From assembly GCA_965197475.1 (NCBI GenBank), contig CBDANF010000002.1:992001-1056000 (forward strand): DNA of 64,000 nt, given 5' to 3'. Source of the stretch: Candidatus Poribacteria bacterium. GTDB taxonomy: Bacteria; Poribacteria; WGA-4E; WGA-3G. The notes under the pieces are model-generated. The model was not told where the DNA came from and made no database searches. It saw only the letters and a program-made list of their open reading frames with translations. Below are positions 21,183 to 31,126 of the stretch, piece after piece. How positions within the stretch are numbered: the stretch's first letter is position 1; every line of letters begins with the position of its first letter. The position numbers and the translations under genes were made by a program.

Positions 21183-23864
21183 TTGATAGTGATAAAAACA
21201 GAAACACCACGCCCAGAATATCCGAGACCCGATTTTCAACGCGGCACCTCTGAAGGAATTGACTGGATTAACCTCAACGGCGCATGGGAATTTGCTTTTG
21301 ACCCAGACGATGTCGGTAAAAAAGAGGAATGGTTTTCACCGAATGCCCCCGACTTCCCTTTGCAAATACAGGTGCCATACCCTTGGGAAAGTCTTGCTGC
21401 TTGGGGAGAAGAAGATCGTGCTGATAGCGCAACCTACCTGAGCACAAATGCTTACCTCACACCAGAAGATGTTACGTGTGACGGTCTAAGCCGAGATGGA
21501 AATTACCGTGGCGAACCACGACACACAATCGGTTGGTACCGCAGAACTCTCTCTATCCCTGAAAATTGGGGTGACAAACGTGTTATTTTGAAATTCGGTG
21601 CTGTTGATTGGGAAACAACACTCTGGGTGAACGGCAAAGTAATCGGTGGACATGAAAACGGGTATCTACCATTTGAATTTGACATCACAGATGCGCTTAC
21701 ACCCGGAGAACCTGCTACCATCGTTGTTCGCGCGTATGATGCACAGGACCACGGTGAACAACTTGCAGGAAAACAGATAGGGTGGTATACTCGTACCAGC
21801 GGCATCTGGCAGCCTGTATACCTTGAACCCAGAAACGCAACCTATATCAAGCAATGCCATATCACTCCGGATATTGACAATAGCACCGCCACTTTCGACG
21901 TAACGATTGATGGCGAAATCGCGTCAGGCACCGAAATTCACTGGGAATGTGATGATATGAGTGGTAGTACTGCTGCAGCTGATAAGACACAATTCACCGT
22001 CAATATCCCACCAGAAAAGCTGCGACTATGGGATGTTGATACACCTAATCTCTACAATGTCATACTCAAATTGGTATCTGAGGAATCTGTTATTGACAGG
22101 ATTTACACCTATTTCGGTATGCGAAAGATCTCAATTGAGAAAGCACCAGGAGGCGACTACAACTACATTTACCTCAACAACCGTCCTATATATTTGCTGG
22201 GCGCGCTAAATCAATCATTTAACCCAGAAGGTGTGTATACCTTCCTCACCGATGAGGCAATCCGAACCGATGTTGAACGCGCCAAAGAATTTGGATTCAA
22301 CTTCCTTCGCCTTCATATAAAAGTTGATGAACCGCGTCTCTACTATTGGGCAGACAAATTAGGACTGCTCTTTATGTGTGATATTCCCAACTTCGGACAT
22401 TACACGGAAAAAGCAAAAGGTAGATTTAAAGCGACACTTCGCGGAAACATAGACCGCGACTACAACCATCCATCCATCATCTCATGGTGCAACTTCAACG
22501 AAACGTGGGGACTCGGCGGTGGAGACTACAAACAGCAAACAGACCGCCAAGAATGGGTGCGAGAGATGTATCACTACGCTAAATCGGTTGATCCCACTCG
22601 GCTTATTGAGGACAACTCGCCCTGTTTATATGACCACGTTGAAACCGACATCAACTCTTGGCATTTCTATATCAACGATTACAAACACGCTAAGGATCAT
22701 ATCGCTAACGTTGTCCAACAGACGTACCCAGGCTCAAAGTTTAATTACGCTGGTGATAACGAACAAACGGATGTACCTTTAATTAACAGCGAATACGGCG
22801 GCATCGGTGCAGGAGCAGGCGACAAAGATATCGCTTGGTGTTTTAAATATCTGACAAACGAGTTGCGTATCCATCCCAAAATCTGTGGATATGTCTACAC
22901 CGAACTGCAGGACATTGAGTGGGAACACAACGGCTTCATGAACTATGATCGGTCGGTAAAGGAATTCGGATACGATTACAATGACATCAACACTCTTGAT
23001 TTTATTGCGATTGATTATCCGCCCGGCACCACGGTCGCTCCTGGTGATAGCGTAAAGGCAGACATATACGCCAGTCACTTCTCACACAAAACGATTGAAG
23101 GCACAACGTTACACTGGCAACTGGATACGGTTGATAAAAACGGTGAACTGACCTATGGGCGTGTAAGCAAAAGTGTCGGCATCCCTTTTCCACAATATCA
23201 GGTAGAACAAGTACATCAACTGGAACTCACCATCCCAGATATTAACGCCGCAGTTGGCACGTTACACGTATGGGTATCCGATGAGACAGGCGCGGTAGTC
23301 GCACGGAATTACATCAATTTCGAGATATTCTTGGAAGACACCTCGGGCCTCACTTCACTTGGTCATCTTCCAGGAGATATTGCCGCCAGTAAATGGGATT
23401 CAGCATCTGAGGTAACAGAACAACTCCTCACCGCGCAAGGTACTGGATGCGTTGAATATCAGATGTCCTTGCCGAATGATCTTAATCCTGACGATATTTC
23501 AAAGATGGAACTCGTTTTTGAGGCTTCTTCATCAAATGGCGGTTCACGGCAAACGGAGCCAGAAAAATATCCATCGGATGTCACAATCTCGGTAAACGGT
23601 GTTGAGGTTGAGACATTGACACTCCCCGATTGCCCCGCGGATGCACGCGGTGTGCTCACCTATATCCACGAAAACCTTGGAAACTACGGCTACCTGTATC
23701 ATATCCAATTAGATAAGGAAATGTGTTTGAACGGTGGTTCTGCAGATGCACTCACCGTGCGTTATGAAGTGAAAGGCAATGCTGAAAACAAAGGCGGACT
23801 TACGCTCTACGGTAACCGTCGCGGCAGGTATCCCACAGCACCTCATATTCGCATTACATCATAG
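21183..23864 (+). CDS. glycoside hydrolase family 2 protein
   Basis: PRPEYPRP, LNG.WEF, SGIWQ.V, R.HIK, NHPSII.W..FNE and SEYGG motifs. Confidence 0.88.
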   Translation: MIVIKTETPRPEYPRPDFQRGTSEGIDWINLNGAWEFAFDPDDVGKKEEWFSPNAPDFPLQIQVPYPWESLAAWGEEDRADSATYLSTNAYLTPEDVTCDGLSRDGNYRGEPRHTIGWYRRTLSIPENWGDKRVILKFGAVDWETTLWVNGKVIGGHENGYLPFEFDITDALTPGEPATIVVRAYDAQDHGEQLAGKQIGWYTRTSGIWQPVYLEPRNATYIKQCHITPDIDNSTATFDVTIDGEIASGTEIHWECDDMSGSTAAADKTQFTVNIPPEKLRLWDVDTPNLYNVILKLVSEESVIDRIYTYFGMRKISIEKAPGGDYNYIYLNNRPIYLLGALNQSFNPEGVYTFLTDEAIRTDVERAKEFGFNFLRLHIKVDEPRLYYWADKLGLLFMCDIPNFGHYTEKAKGRFKATLRGNIDRDYNHPSIISWCNFNETWGLGGGDYKQQTDRQEWVREMYHYAKSVDPTRLIEDNSPCLYDHVETDINSWHFYINDYKHAKDHIANVVQQTYPGSKFNYAGDNEQTDVPLINSEYGGIGAGAGDKDIAWCFKYLTNELRIHPKICGYVYTELQDIEWEHNGFMNYDRSVKEFGYDYNDINTLDFIAIDYPPGTTVAPGDSVKADIYASHFSHKTIEGTTLHWQLDTVDKNGELTYGRVSKSVGIPFPQYQVEQVHQLELTIPDINAAVGTLHVWVSDETGAVVARNYINFEIFLEDTSGLTSLGHLPGDIAASKWDSASEVTEQLLTAQGTGCVEYQMSLPNDLNPDDISKMELVFEASSSNGGSRQTEPEKYPSDVTISVNGVEVETLTLPDCPADARGVLTYIHENLGNYGYLYHIQLDKEMCLNGGSADALTVRYEVKGNAENKGGLTLYGNRRGRYPTAPHIRITS

Positions 23865-23877
23865 GAGGAAACGTTGA

Positions 23878-24957
23878 ATGTCAACACACCAATTTCTATT
23901 TACTCGCAACCCCGGTTTAGAGGGTTCATGGCCCTTCGTTCACGAGCAAATGGTGACACGTCTTGAAGAGTTAGGTGTAACACTCGTTCTTAACACTACC
24001 AGCAAAAACCCCATCCATGAACAGGTGGATCTGAGCGAAGTTATTGGAATCTCACATTGGGGAGGTAGTCTTACCGAGGCTTGTATAGACAATGCACCGA
24101 AACTCAAAGTGCTCGGCACAATGACAGATAACACGGGACACGGCATTCCATACACAAAACTTCAAGATCGCGGTATTCCCGTCATTGAATCCACACGCGC
24201 ATGGGCACAATCTGTGGCAGAGTGTGCTTTTGGACTTGCTTTGTCTTCGCTGCGGCGCACTGCACAGTGGCACATGAAGATGTCAAACGGTGAAAAACTG
24301 TGGGATTACAACAATCCAATATGGGGACCGAACAAACTCCCTGTCGCGCATCAATTCTGTGATGATCCAGACTTTGTAAACGGCGATCTCGGCACGAAGC
24401 AGATAGGTGTCATCGGTCTTGGGCAGATTGGACGGAAAATAGCGCAGTGGTGCAGGGTCTTCGGAGCAACCGTTATGGCATTTGATCCGTTCGTTCCCGA
24501 TGAACTACTTCAAGAATGGGACGTGGAACGCGCTGATATGGACACACTCGTTGATAGGGCAGATATTGTCTTCGTTGCTGTTCCACCGACACCTTCCGCT
24601 CGTCACCTGCTCAATCGTGAACGTATCTATCATCTGCACAAAGGCGCATTGGTTGTCATCATCACCCGTGCGCACGCCGTTGATATGGCAGCACTGCGCG
24701 AACGAATTGTTAAAGATGAACTCGCAGGCGCGTTTGATGTTTATGACAGAGAACCGGTGCCTATTGATGATGAATTGCGGAATAGGGATAACGTTGTGCA
24801 TACACCACACATCGCGGGTAGGACAAAAGATGCTAACCTGCGCGTTGCGGATATGATTGTTGACGATATGGTGCGTGTGCTAAAAGGCGAAGAACCGCTT
24901 GGCGCATTGACACCAGCGGCGATTAAGGTGAGAACGTCTGAAAACCCATACGAGTGA
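23878..24957 (+). CDS. D-isomer-specific 2-hydroxyacid dehydrogenase family protein
   Basis: GVIGLGQIG, DVY..EP and TPHIAG motifs. Confidence 0.88.
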   Translation: MSTHQFLFTRNPGLEGSWPFVHEQMVTRLEELGVTLVLNTTSKNPIHEQVDLSEVIGISHWGGSLTEACIDNAPKLKVLGTMTDNTGHGIPYTKLQDRGIPVIESTRAWAQSVAECAFGLALSSLRRTAQWHMKMSNGEKLWDYNNPIWGPNKLPVAHQFCDDPDFVNGDLGTKQIGVIGLGQIGRKIAQWCRVFGATVMAFDPFVPDELLQEWDVERADMDTLVDRADIVFVAVPPTPSARHLLNRERIYHLHKGALVVIITRAHAVDMAALRERIVKDELAGAFDVYDREPVPIDDELRNRDNVVHTPHIAGRTKDANLRVADMIVDDMVRVLKGEEPLGALTPAAIKVRTSENPYE

Positions 24958-25051
24958 GGCAATCTATTCGCCGCGTAGTGCACACTTATTGAAAGTCACG
25001 TCTATCTGTTTATCGTTAATTTTACTGTTATGATTTGGAAATGCCCCAGAT

Positions 25052-25083
25052 CGTGCAGTTTCAAACAGAAATTGCACGTTTTT
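25052..25083 (+). terminator. hairpin plus T-run (terminator, or an enhancer-type palindrome)
   Basis: CGTGCAGTTTC-AAACA-GAAATTGCACG-TTTTT. Confidence 0.5.
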
Positions 25084-25136
25084 GTGCGAGTTATCGGTTG
25101 ATACTGGAAAATCGGAATATTAAAGGGTTTGAATGT

Positions 25137-25152
25137 TGGCATACAATTTGCT
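25137..25152 (+). promoter_or_regulatory. candidate sigma54 (-24/-12) promoter
   Basis: TGGCATACAATTTGCT has exact GG-N10-GC spacing. Confidence 0.45.
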
Positions 25153-25181
25153 TACTCTATAACGTGAGTTTGACTAAACCT

Positions 25182-25340
25182 CGTATGTTGGGTTGAGTGC
25201 CGTGAAAACCAATACGCTTCATGTCCACGCAGGTAATTGTTGGGTTTCGCTATACCTATCTATACAAATGGGATGCTGAACGCATAACTCCTGCGAAAAC
25301 TTGGTAGCAGATAGTTTTCTACCGCTCTACCCAACCTACG
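25182..25340. repeat. REP/BIME-like inverted-repeat element, family B
   Basis: GTATGTTGGGT...CTCTACCCAACCTACG; related copy at 59274-59512. Confidence 0.65.
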
Positions 25341-25347
25341 GACACAC

Positions 25348-25465
25348 TGCGGGTCGCTGATATGATTGTTGACGATATGGTGCGTGTGCTTAAAGGCGAA
25401 GAATCGCTTGGCGCATTGATGTCACGGCGATTAAGGTGTGAACGTCTGAAAACCCATACGAGTAG
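25348..25465 (+). pseudogene. duplicated 3' end of the dehydrogenase gene
   Basis: near-identical to 24838-24957 with substitutions and small indels. Confidence 0.85.
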
Positions 25466-25539
25466 GTTGAGTGGATCCCCAACCCATAGGTGTCAATTTA
25501 ACGTGTATCATATCCGCCCTTATTTTACTTCGCATTAAC

Positions 25540-26259
25540 ATGCACATAGAACATCTCAATTACCCTTTAACCCAAATTCCTGCCGGTCCATTTACGATGG
25601 GAACTTACCCTACCGGATTGCGGAAGACCGATCCGGAGGAACCACAACGTAGCGTTACATTGGATGCTTATGCCTTTGGCATCTATCACGTCACAAATGC
25701 ACAGTACGCACTATTTGTTGAGAACACAAATTATCGAACCCCTTTATACTGGGGTGACGAACGCTTCAATAGCGAAGATTATCCTGTTGTCGGTGTAAGT
25801 TGGCACGATGCGACCAATTTTTTAGAGTGGCTTAGCAATCTAACAGGTGAGACATATCGCTTACCAACAGAAGCTGAATGGGAAAAAGCTGCTCGAGGCA
25901 CTGATGGCAGAGAGTATCCCTGGGGAAATGTGTGGGACGCAAGTAAGACAAACACATCAGAATCTCAAATAAAACGGTTGACACCGGTTGGCAGTTATTC
26001 TGAAGGTATCAGTCCTTTCGGATGCTACGATATGGCAGGAAATGCTTACGATTGGTGCAGCGATTGGTTTCACATTGACACATATAAATATTCCCCTGCG
26101 GATAACCCGATGGGAGCGGTTGAGGGGAGACGCAAGGTGATTCGGGGCGGTTCGTGGCAGCCTCGCGGCGAGTATGCTGCGCGTTGTGCGAATCGTGCTG
26201 CGTCTGAACCGACCCGTGCTAATCATAACGTTGGGTTTCGCATTGCGATAGACCTATAA
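25540..26259 (+). CDS. formylglycine-generating enzyme (FGE-sulfatase) domain protein
   Basis: F.MG, PV..VSW.DA, RLPTEAEWEKAARG, DMAGN..DW, RGGSW and GFR motifs. Confidence 0.88.
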   Translation: MHIEHLNYPLTQIPAGPFTMGTYPTGLRKTDPEEPQRSVTLDAYAFGIYHVTNAQYALFVENTNYRTPLYWGDERFNSEDYPVVGVSWHDATNFLEWLSNLTGETYRLPTEAEWEKAARGTDGREYPWGNVWDASKTNTSESQIKRLTPVGSYSEGISPFGCYDMAGNAYDWCSDWFHIDTYKYSPADNPMGAVEGRRKVIRGGSWQPRGEYAARCANRAASEPTRANHNVGFRIAIDL

Positions 26260-26299
26260 TTAAAATGTCCGTTGTTAGGCAGGGTAAAAAATCGTAAAA

Positions 26300-27382
26300 A
26301 TGCAGAAAAAACATATTACTGAATCCCAACAAGAATTCCGTGATGCATTGTTGACTTGGTTCAAAAAGTTTCAACGAAAAATGCCGTGGCGGGGGATTGG
26401 CGATCCATACCGTATTTGGGTTTCTGAGGTGATGCTACAACAGACACAGGTCAAAAAGGTTGTTGAGTATTATGAAAAATTTATAGTACGGTTTCCAGAT
26501 GTCCAGCATCTTGCAGCTGCACCGCTACAAGATGTGCTGAAGGTGTGGGAAGGATTGGGATATTACGCGAGGGCGCGAAATCTACATAAAGCCGCAAAGA
26601 TCGTTGTGGAAGAGTTTGATGGAAAAATACCAAGAGACTATGCAACCTTTCGGAAATTGCCAGGTGTGGGGGATTACAGTGCCGCGGCAGTGCAAAGCAT
26701 CGCCTTTAATGCAGCACACGCTGCGGTTGACGGTAACATCAAACGTGCGTTGGCGCGACTTTTCTTGATGGATGCACCTATCAACGATGCCTCGTCAGCG
26801 AAACACTTTCAGCAAAAAGCGGATGACCTTTTGGATCAGGAAAAGCCAGGACTTTACAATCAAGCGATGATGGAATTGGGGGCAACTGTCTGTCGTCCCC
26901 AATCCCCTACCTGTCTTGTTTGTCCTGTAAATATGTTTTGCGAAGCATTCCACGCAGCCTGTCAAGATGAATTTCCGTATCGACGTAAAACGAAACCGGT
27001 TCCTGAACACTACATTGCCGCGGGTGTGATCCACAAAGCCTCCGAGCTCTTAATCATCCAACGACCACTTGACGGTTTGCTTGGTGGACTCTGGGAATTT
27101 CCCAACGGACAGATCACCGAAGACGAAACTCCCGAACAAGCGTGCATTCGCCACATCGCCGATGTTGTCAATCTTTCTGTCACCAATCTGAAATATCTCA
27201 CCAGTGTCAAGCACGCATTCACCCATTTCAAAATAGTTGTGGATGTATTTCAATGCGATTATGAATCGGGTGTGGTAGTTCTAAACGGACCAACAGACGC
27301 GAAGTGGGTAAAACTTGATGCACTGCGGGATTATCCGCTTCCGCGTGCGACTCACAAATTTCTGGATAAATTAATTCTTTGA
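26300..27382 (+). CDS. mutY: A/G-specific adenine DNA glycosylase
   Basis: WVSEVMLQQTQV, W.GLGYYARARNL, LPGVG.Y, VDGN, 4Fe-4S cysteines, NUDIX-like tail. Confidence 0.95.
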   Translation: MQKKHITESQQEFRDALLTWFKKFQRKMPWRGIGDPYRIWVSEVMLQQTQVKKVVEYYEKFIVRFPDVQHLAAAPLQDVLKVWEGLGYYARARNLHKAAKIVVEEFDGKIPRDYATFRKLPGVGDYSAAAVQSIAFNAAHAAVDGNIKRALARLFLMDAPINDASSAKHFQQKADDLLDQEKPGLYNQAMMELGATVCRPQSPTCLVCPVNMFCEAFHAACQDEFPYRRKTKPVPEHYIAAGVIHKASELLIIQRPLDGLLGGLWEFPNGQITEDETPEQACIRHIADVVNLSVTNLKYLTSVKHAFTHFKIVVDVFQCDYESGVVVLNGPTDAKWVKLDALRDYPLPRATHKFLDKLIL

Positions 27383-28321
27383 ACCGAACTTTGCTTCGTA
27401 TTTTTCCCACACTTCATCCGGTAACGGTGTGCTGGCGGCACGAACATTTGCCTCTAATTGTTCAACATTGAGGCTGCCGATGTTATTGCCTTGAATCCGC
27501 TCTTCGCGCAGACAGAACTGAATGGCAAGTTGTAGAATGCTGATATCCTCTTCAAGACACCATTTCCAGATAGGATACGCTGCCGCGACATCACCTTCCT
27601 TTTTCCAACGTCCCCGCTCAATTTCTGCATCAATATCAACATCAGTGAGGATACCGCGCAGGATAGACCATCCGTTCATCACACCGATATCTGCTTCAGC
27701 AGCAGCAGGAAGGATAGTGTCCTTAACAGATTGCCGGACGAGGTTGTAATCGTTGAAGCACAACAGAAGGTCAACATCACCTGTCGCAATCGCTTTGAGA
27801 TGGAAATCGTGGGGATTCATCCCATAACCGACGTGCCGGACAAGACCGCGTGATTTGCATTTGAGTAAACCTTCAAGTGTTCCACCTTTTTCAAGTGTTG
27901 GGTCAATTTCACCGGGATCGTGGATCAGCATTCCGTCCAGATAATCAACATTGAGCAGCTCAAGTTGATCTTCCAGATCGGCGATTGCACGTTCTCCGGA
28001 ATAGTTGGGTCTTCCCTGTCCATATCCGCCCCAATCCGCTCCAGAATGACAGCAAAGTCTGGCAGTAATAATAACATCCTCGCGCGGAATTTCCTTCATA
28101 GCCAACCCAAGTTTCCGCATGGAATCGCCATAACAACGTGCGCAATCAAAATGATTCACACCGATAGAAATCGAGTGTTTAATCAATGCCACTGCATCCT
28201 CATCTGATACAAAGCCAAAATTATTGCCGAAGCCTTGTGTCCCGTACGGAATGACTGGGATACTTAATTCTGTTCTGCCCAACCGCCGCCGAGGCACTGT
28301 TGGTAAAGGTTGATTTGCCAT
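27371..28321 (-). CDS. aldo/keto reductase family protein
   Basis: RRLGRT.L, G.N.FD.AR.YG and D...IHDP motifs; AGGAG RBS before ATG 28321. Confidence 0.85.
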   Translation of the reverse strand: MANQPLPTVPRRRLGRTELSIPVIPYGTQGFGNNFGFVSDEDAVALIKHSISIGVNHFDCARCYGDSMRKLGLAMKEIPREDVIITARLCCHSGADWGGYGQGRPNYSGERAIADLEDQLELLNVDYLDGMLIHDPGEIDPTLEKGGTLEGLLKCKSRGLVRHVGYGMNPHDFHLKAIATGDVDLLLCFNDYNLVRQSVKDTILPAAAEADIGVMNGWSILRGILTDVDIDAEIERGRWKKEGDVAAAYPIWKWCLEEDISILQLAIQFCLREERIQGNNIGSLNVEQLEANVRAASTPLPDEVWEKYEAKFGSKN

Positions 28322-28440
28322 AAGATCTCTCCTGATTGATATCGTGGATAGGTTCAAGAAGTGAAGAAATATAGTAAGGACGCAATGAATTGCGTCCTTA
28401 CGAATCGCAACACATTGCGCAACGGTGTGCCTAAAAAGTT

Positions 28441-29067
28441 TTAGTATTGATCCGAGCCTTCAAGAGGCAGCGGAACCGCCCAGATGTTGCGGAACTTAAG
28501 ATGGTTGCCGTGGTCTTGGAGAAGTAGCGGACCGGGTTCTCCAACGGATGAATCGATATTTGCTCCCGTTGTTCCGGGGAGTATCACGTTGTTAAGGATG
28601 ACAAGTCCGTTTTGAATCACGGTTACCCTGACGTTTTCTTCTAACTCGCTTGCATCGTTGAGACGCGGTGCGCGGAAGATAACATCATACGTTTGCCATT
28701 CAAGTGCAGGTTTACAAGCGTTAACAAGCGGTGCAAATTGGTTGTAGATTGCGCCACAGTCACCTTTACCGGGGACTTCAATCCCGTAGGAATCCAGCAC
28801 CTGGACTTCATACCGTCCCTGAAGGAACACGCCGCTGTTTCCTTTTCCTTGTCCTGTTGCTTCGGGCATATCAGGACACATGAATTCAACGTGTAGGAAA
28901 TGGTCGGTAAACCGTTCTTTCGTCATAATGTCACCTGTACGAGGGACAACGGTCATAACGCCATCTTCAACATCCCAACCGGCTTCGTCTCCGTTTCGGG
29001 TGGTCCAGTTGTTCAGGTCTTTTCCATTAAAGAGAATCACAGCGGATTCTGGAGGTGTTTGTAACAT
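28441..29067 (-). CDS. DUF1080 / 3-keto-disaccharide hydrolase family protein
   Basis: LFNGKDL..W, GNSGVF...YEVQVLD, LLLQDHG..FRNIW motifs. Confidence 0.88.
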   Translation of the reverse strand: MLQTPPESAVILFNGKDLNNWTTRNGDEAGWDVEDGVMTVVPRTGDIMTKERFTDHFLHVEFMCPDMPEATGQGKGNSGVFLQGRYEVQVLDSYGIEVPGKGDCGAIYNQFAPLVNACKPALEWQTYDVIFRAPRLNDASELEENVRVTVIQNGLVILNNVILPGTTGANIDSSVGEPGPLLLQDHGNHLKFRNIWAVPLPLEGSDQY

Positions 29068-29403
29068 AAGTTTTCCTTTCTAATGCTATACATTTATAAA
29101 TTGCCCCTCTGTATTAGGGCTTGAGGATTTCCCGCAATTTTAACGGGGTTCGTCTTTTTTGTCAAGGGACAAGAAGGTGAAGGGTATGTAAAGTTTTTTG
29201 CATGAGGAGCATAAATGGGACTTAACGTAGCGATCCTCAATCCCTCACTTATGAAAATAAATGAAAATTAATAAGTGGAAAAAAGGTAATGCGCCTTGTC
29301 GGGACAAGGTTTTCTGGATTTTTCTAAACTGATGCGCTGTGAATTTCAAAAAGTGTATAAATGTGCTGACAATTCACTTCAAATCATACTTTCGCGAAAA
29401 ACT

Positions 29404-29838
29404 TTACACACCCTCACGTAAGCCTGCGATCATGTCTTCAGATTCAGCAAACGCACAGACTCTCTCCGTTTGTTGCCAATCAAGTCCAGTGACTTGTCCC
29501 CTTCCCCGATCTCTGCCATCGCGGCGAATTCCTGCTAATGTACGAGTGGTGATCGGTAAATCAGAATCCTTGTTTTCATTGCGAAGTTGCCACCGCGCCG
29601 CAGCCACTACAATCGATATTGACGAAGGAGCTCGTCCTTGTCCGTGTAAATATGTGATATAAGCAGCTAAAGCATTATCCGAAAACTCTATGCTATGATC
29701 TGAAAGGTATGACTGAATTCCAGTCAACGCATGCCGATACGCTTTCATTGTGTTCGGCGCGATACTTGCACGTATCAGATTCTCCGTATCTTCTCTTGTT
29801 GCAAGCGTGTTGTCTCGCTTTTGTGTCAACTCGTTCAT
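29404..29838 (-). pseudogene. truncated tyrosine recombinase (Cre-like N-terminal binding domain only)
   Basis: NT..AY, L.AY...L, GIRR.G.RGRGQ motifs; ORF stops at 'AGLR', before the catalytic RHR-Y residues. Confidence 0.7.
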
Positions 29839-29864
29839 GTCTCACCTCTGTGTTAGTGGGTTCT

Positions 29865-30760
29865 CTATCTATCAAAAGTTTTTATTATACCCTTGCCCTC
29901 CTTCGTTGTTTCAATGGTAACAACGGTTTTCTCATCTCTGTTATAGATATTAAGTTGACCGCCTTTTTCATTTGTCTGTATGAAAGCAACATTTTTACCT
30001 TTGTCACTACGGATGCTCAGTGCGCCACCCTGGAAGAATGCGCTCATGTGGGCAATGCGTTTTCCTTCGTTGTTTCGGATTCCCAGATAGCCTCCATAAA
30101 CACGCGTCCCTTCCATGTCAACAACGGGTTTTCCTGTCCAGTTTCTTATACTCAGTGCCCCACAGCCATTTTGAGCTGCATTTATGGAAGTTACACTGTT
30201 TTCTGCGTTGTTAAAGATGTTCAGCATGCCACCGTGAATGGATGCGCTCATATAAGCAATACGAGTCCCCGCGTTGTTGTAGAGGTCCAAAATACCACCA
30301 TTGTCCTCTGCCCCTATGCCAGCAACAGCTTGTCCTGTGTCGTTAAAGATGCCCAATACACCCCCATTTTCACTTGCCACTATACCAACAGCGGGGGACA
30401 TCTTGTTGTTGTAGATTTTCAGTTCACCTCCGTCTTCATTTCCCCATAAAGTAGCGATTGGGAATCCTTCTTTGTTTTGGATACCCAGAGAACCGCCATC
30501 TTCACCTGCTGCTATACCAACAGCTACTTTTCCCGCTTTGTTGTAGAGTCTCAGTCTGCCGTTCTCTTCCTCTGCCCCAATAATAGCAATGGTTTACCTG
30601 TGTTATTGACGATTTTTATTTCTCTACATACGATTTTATCAATCACTTGTTCATTTTGTTGCGCGTGTGTAGTATCCCCACCAAGCGATGCGATGATGTA
30701 TCCTGCAATTGTAAATAGACACCCGATAAGCATATATCCTAACTTTTGTTTGAAATTCAT
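29865..30760 (-). pseudogene. secreted/anchored beta-repeat protein (~22-aa GG.L.I.NN.G repeats), frameshifted near 30595
   Basis: N-terminal ORF 30551-30760 and repeat ORF 29865-30401 join if one A is added to GGTAAACC. Confidence 0.65.
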
Positions 30761-30921
30761 TATTGATCCTCCGATCTGTTTATCTTTTGCTTTTCCTTTC
30801 AACTATACCAAATAATATCATATAATGGTATTTGAGCGAGATGTGAGAAACTTTTGGCGTAAAAACAAAGCAGGAGTGGCTCTATTTCTACTTACGGTTG
30901 TAGTTGGATTTTACACATATA

Positions 30922-31084
30922 TTATAACCTAAGTTGCTACCTATAAGATTTTAGACAAGCAGACACCATGTTTAACCGAGAACAGTCCATTATTCGTGGA
31001 ATATCGTAGCGCAAACTGATAGTTTGCGTATTCATAGGCACAATCTAACAGATTGTGCTACATAGGTAGCAACTTGGGTTATAA
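30922..31084. repeat. MITE-like element, family A, carrying internal GTAG REP hairpins
   Basis: 23-bp IR TTATAACCTAAGTTGCTACCTAT / ATAGGTAGCAACTTGGGTTATAA. Confidence 0.75.
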
Positions 31085-31126
31085 ATAGCCCTGTGTACTA
31101 TAGAAACGGATACTCTGCCTCCAAAC

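Noticed and set aside
29709-30449. 246-aa plus-strand ORF (and similar antisense ORFs such as 14220-14831, 42652-43230, 57864-58472)
   Set aside because: These are shadows of real genes on the opposite strand and have no motifs of their own.
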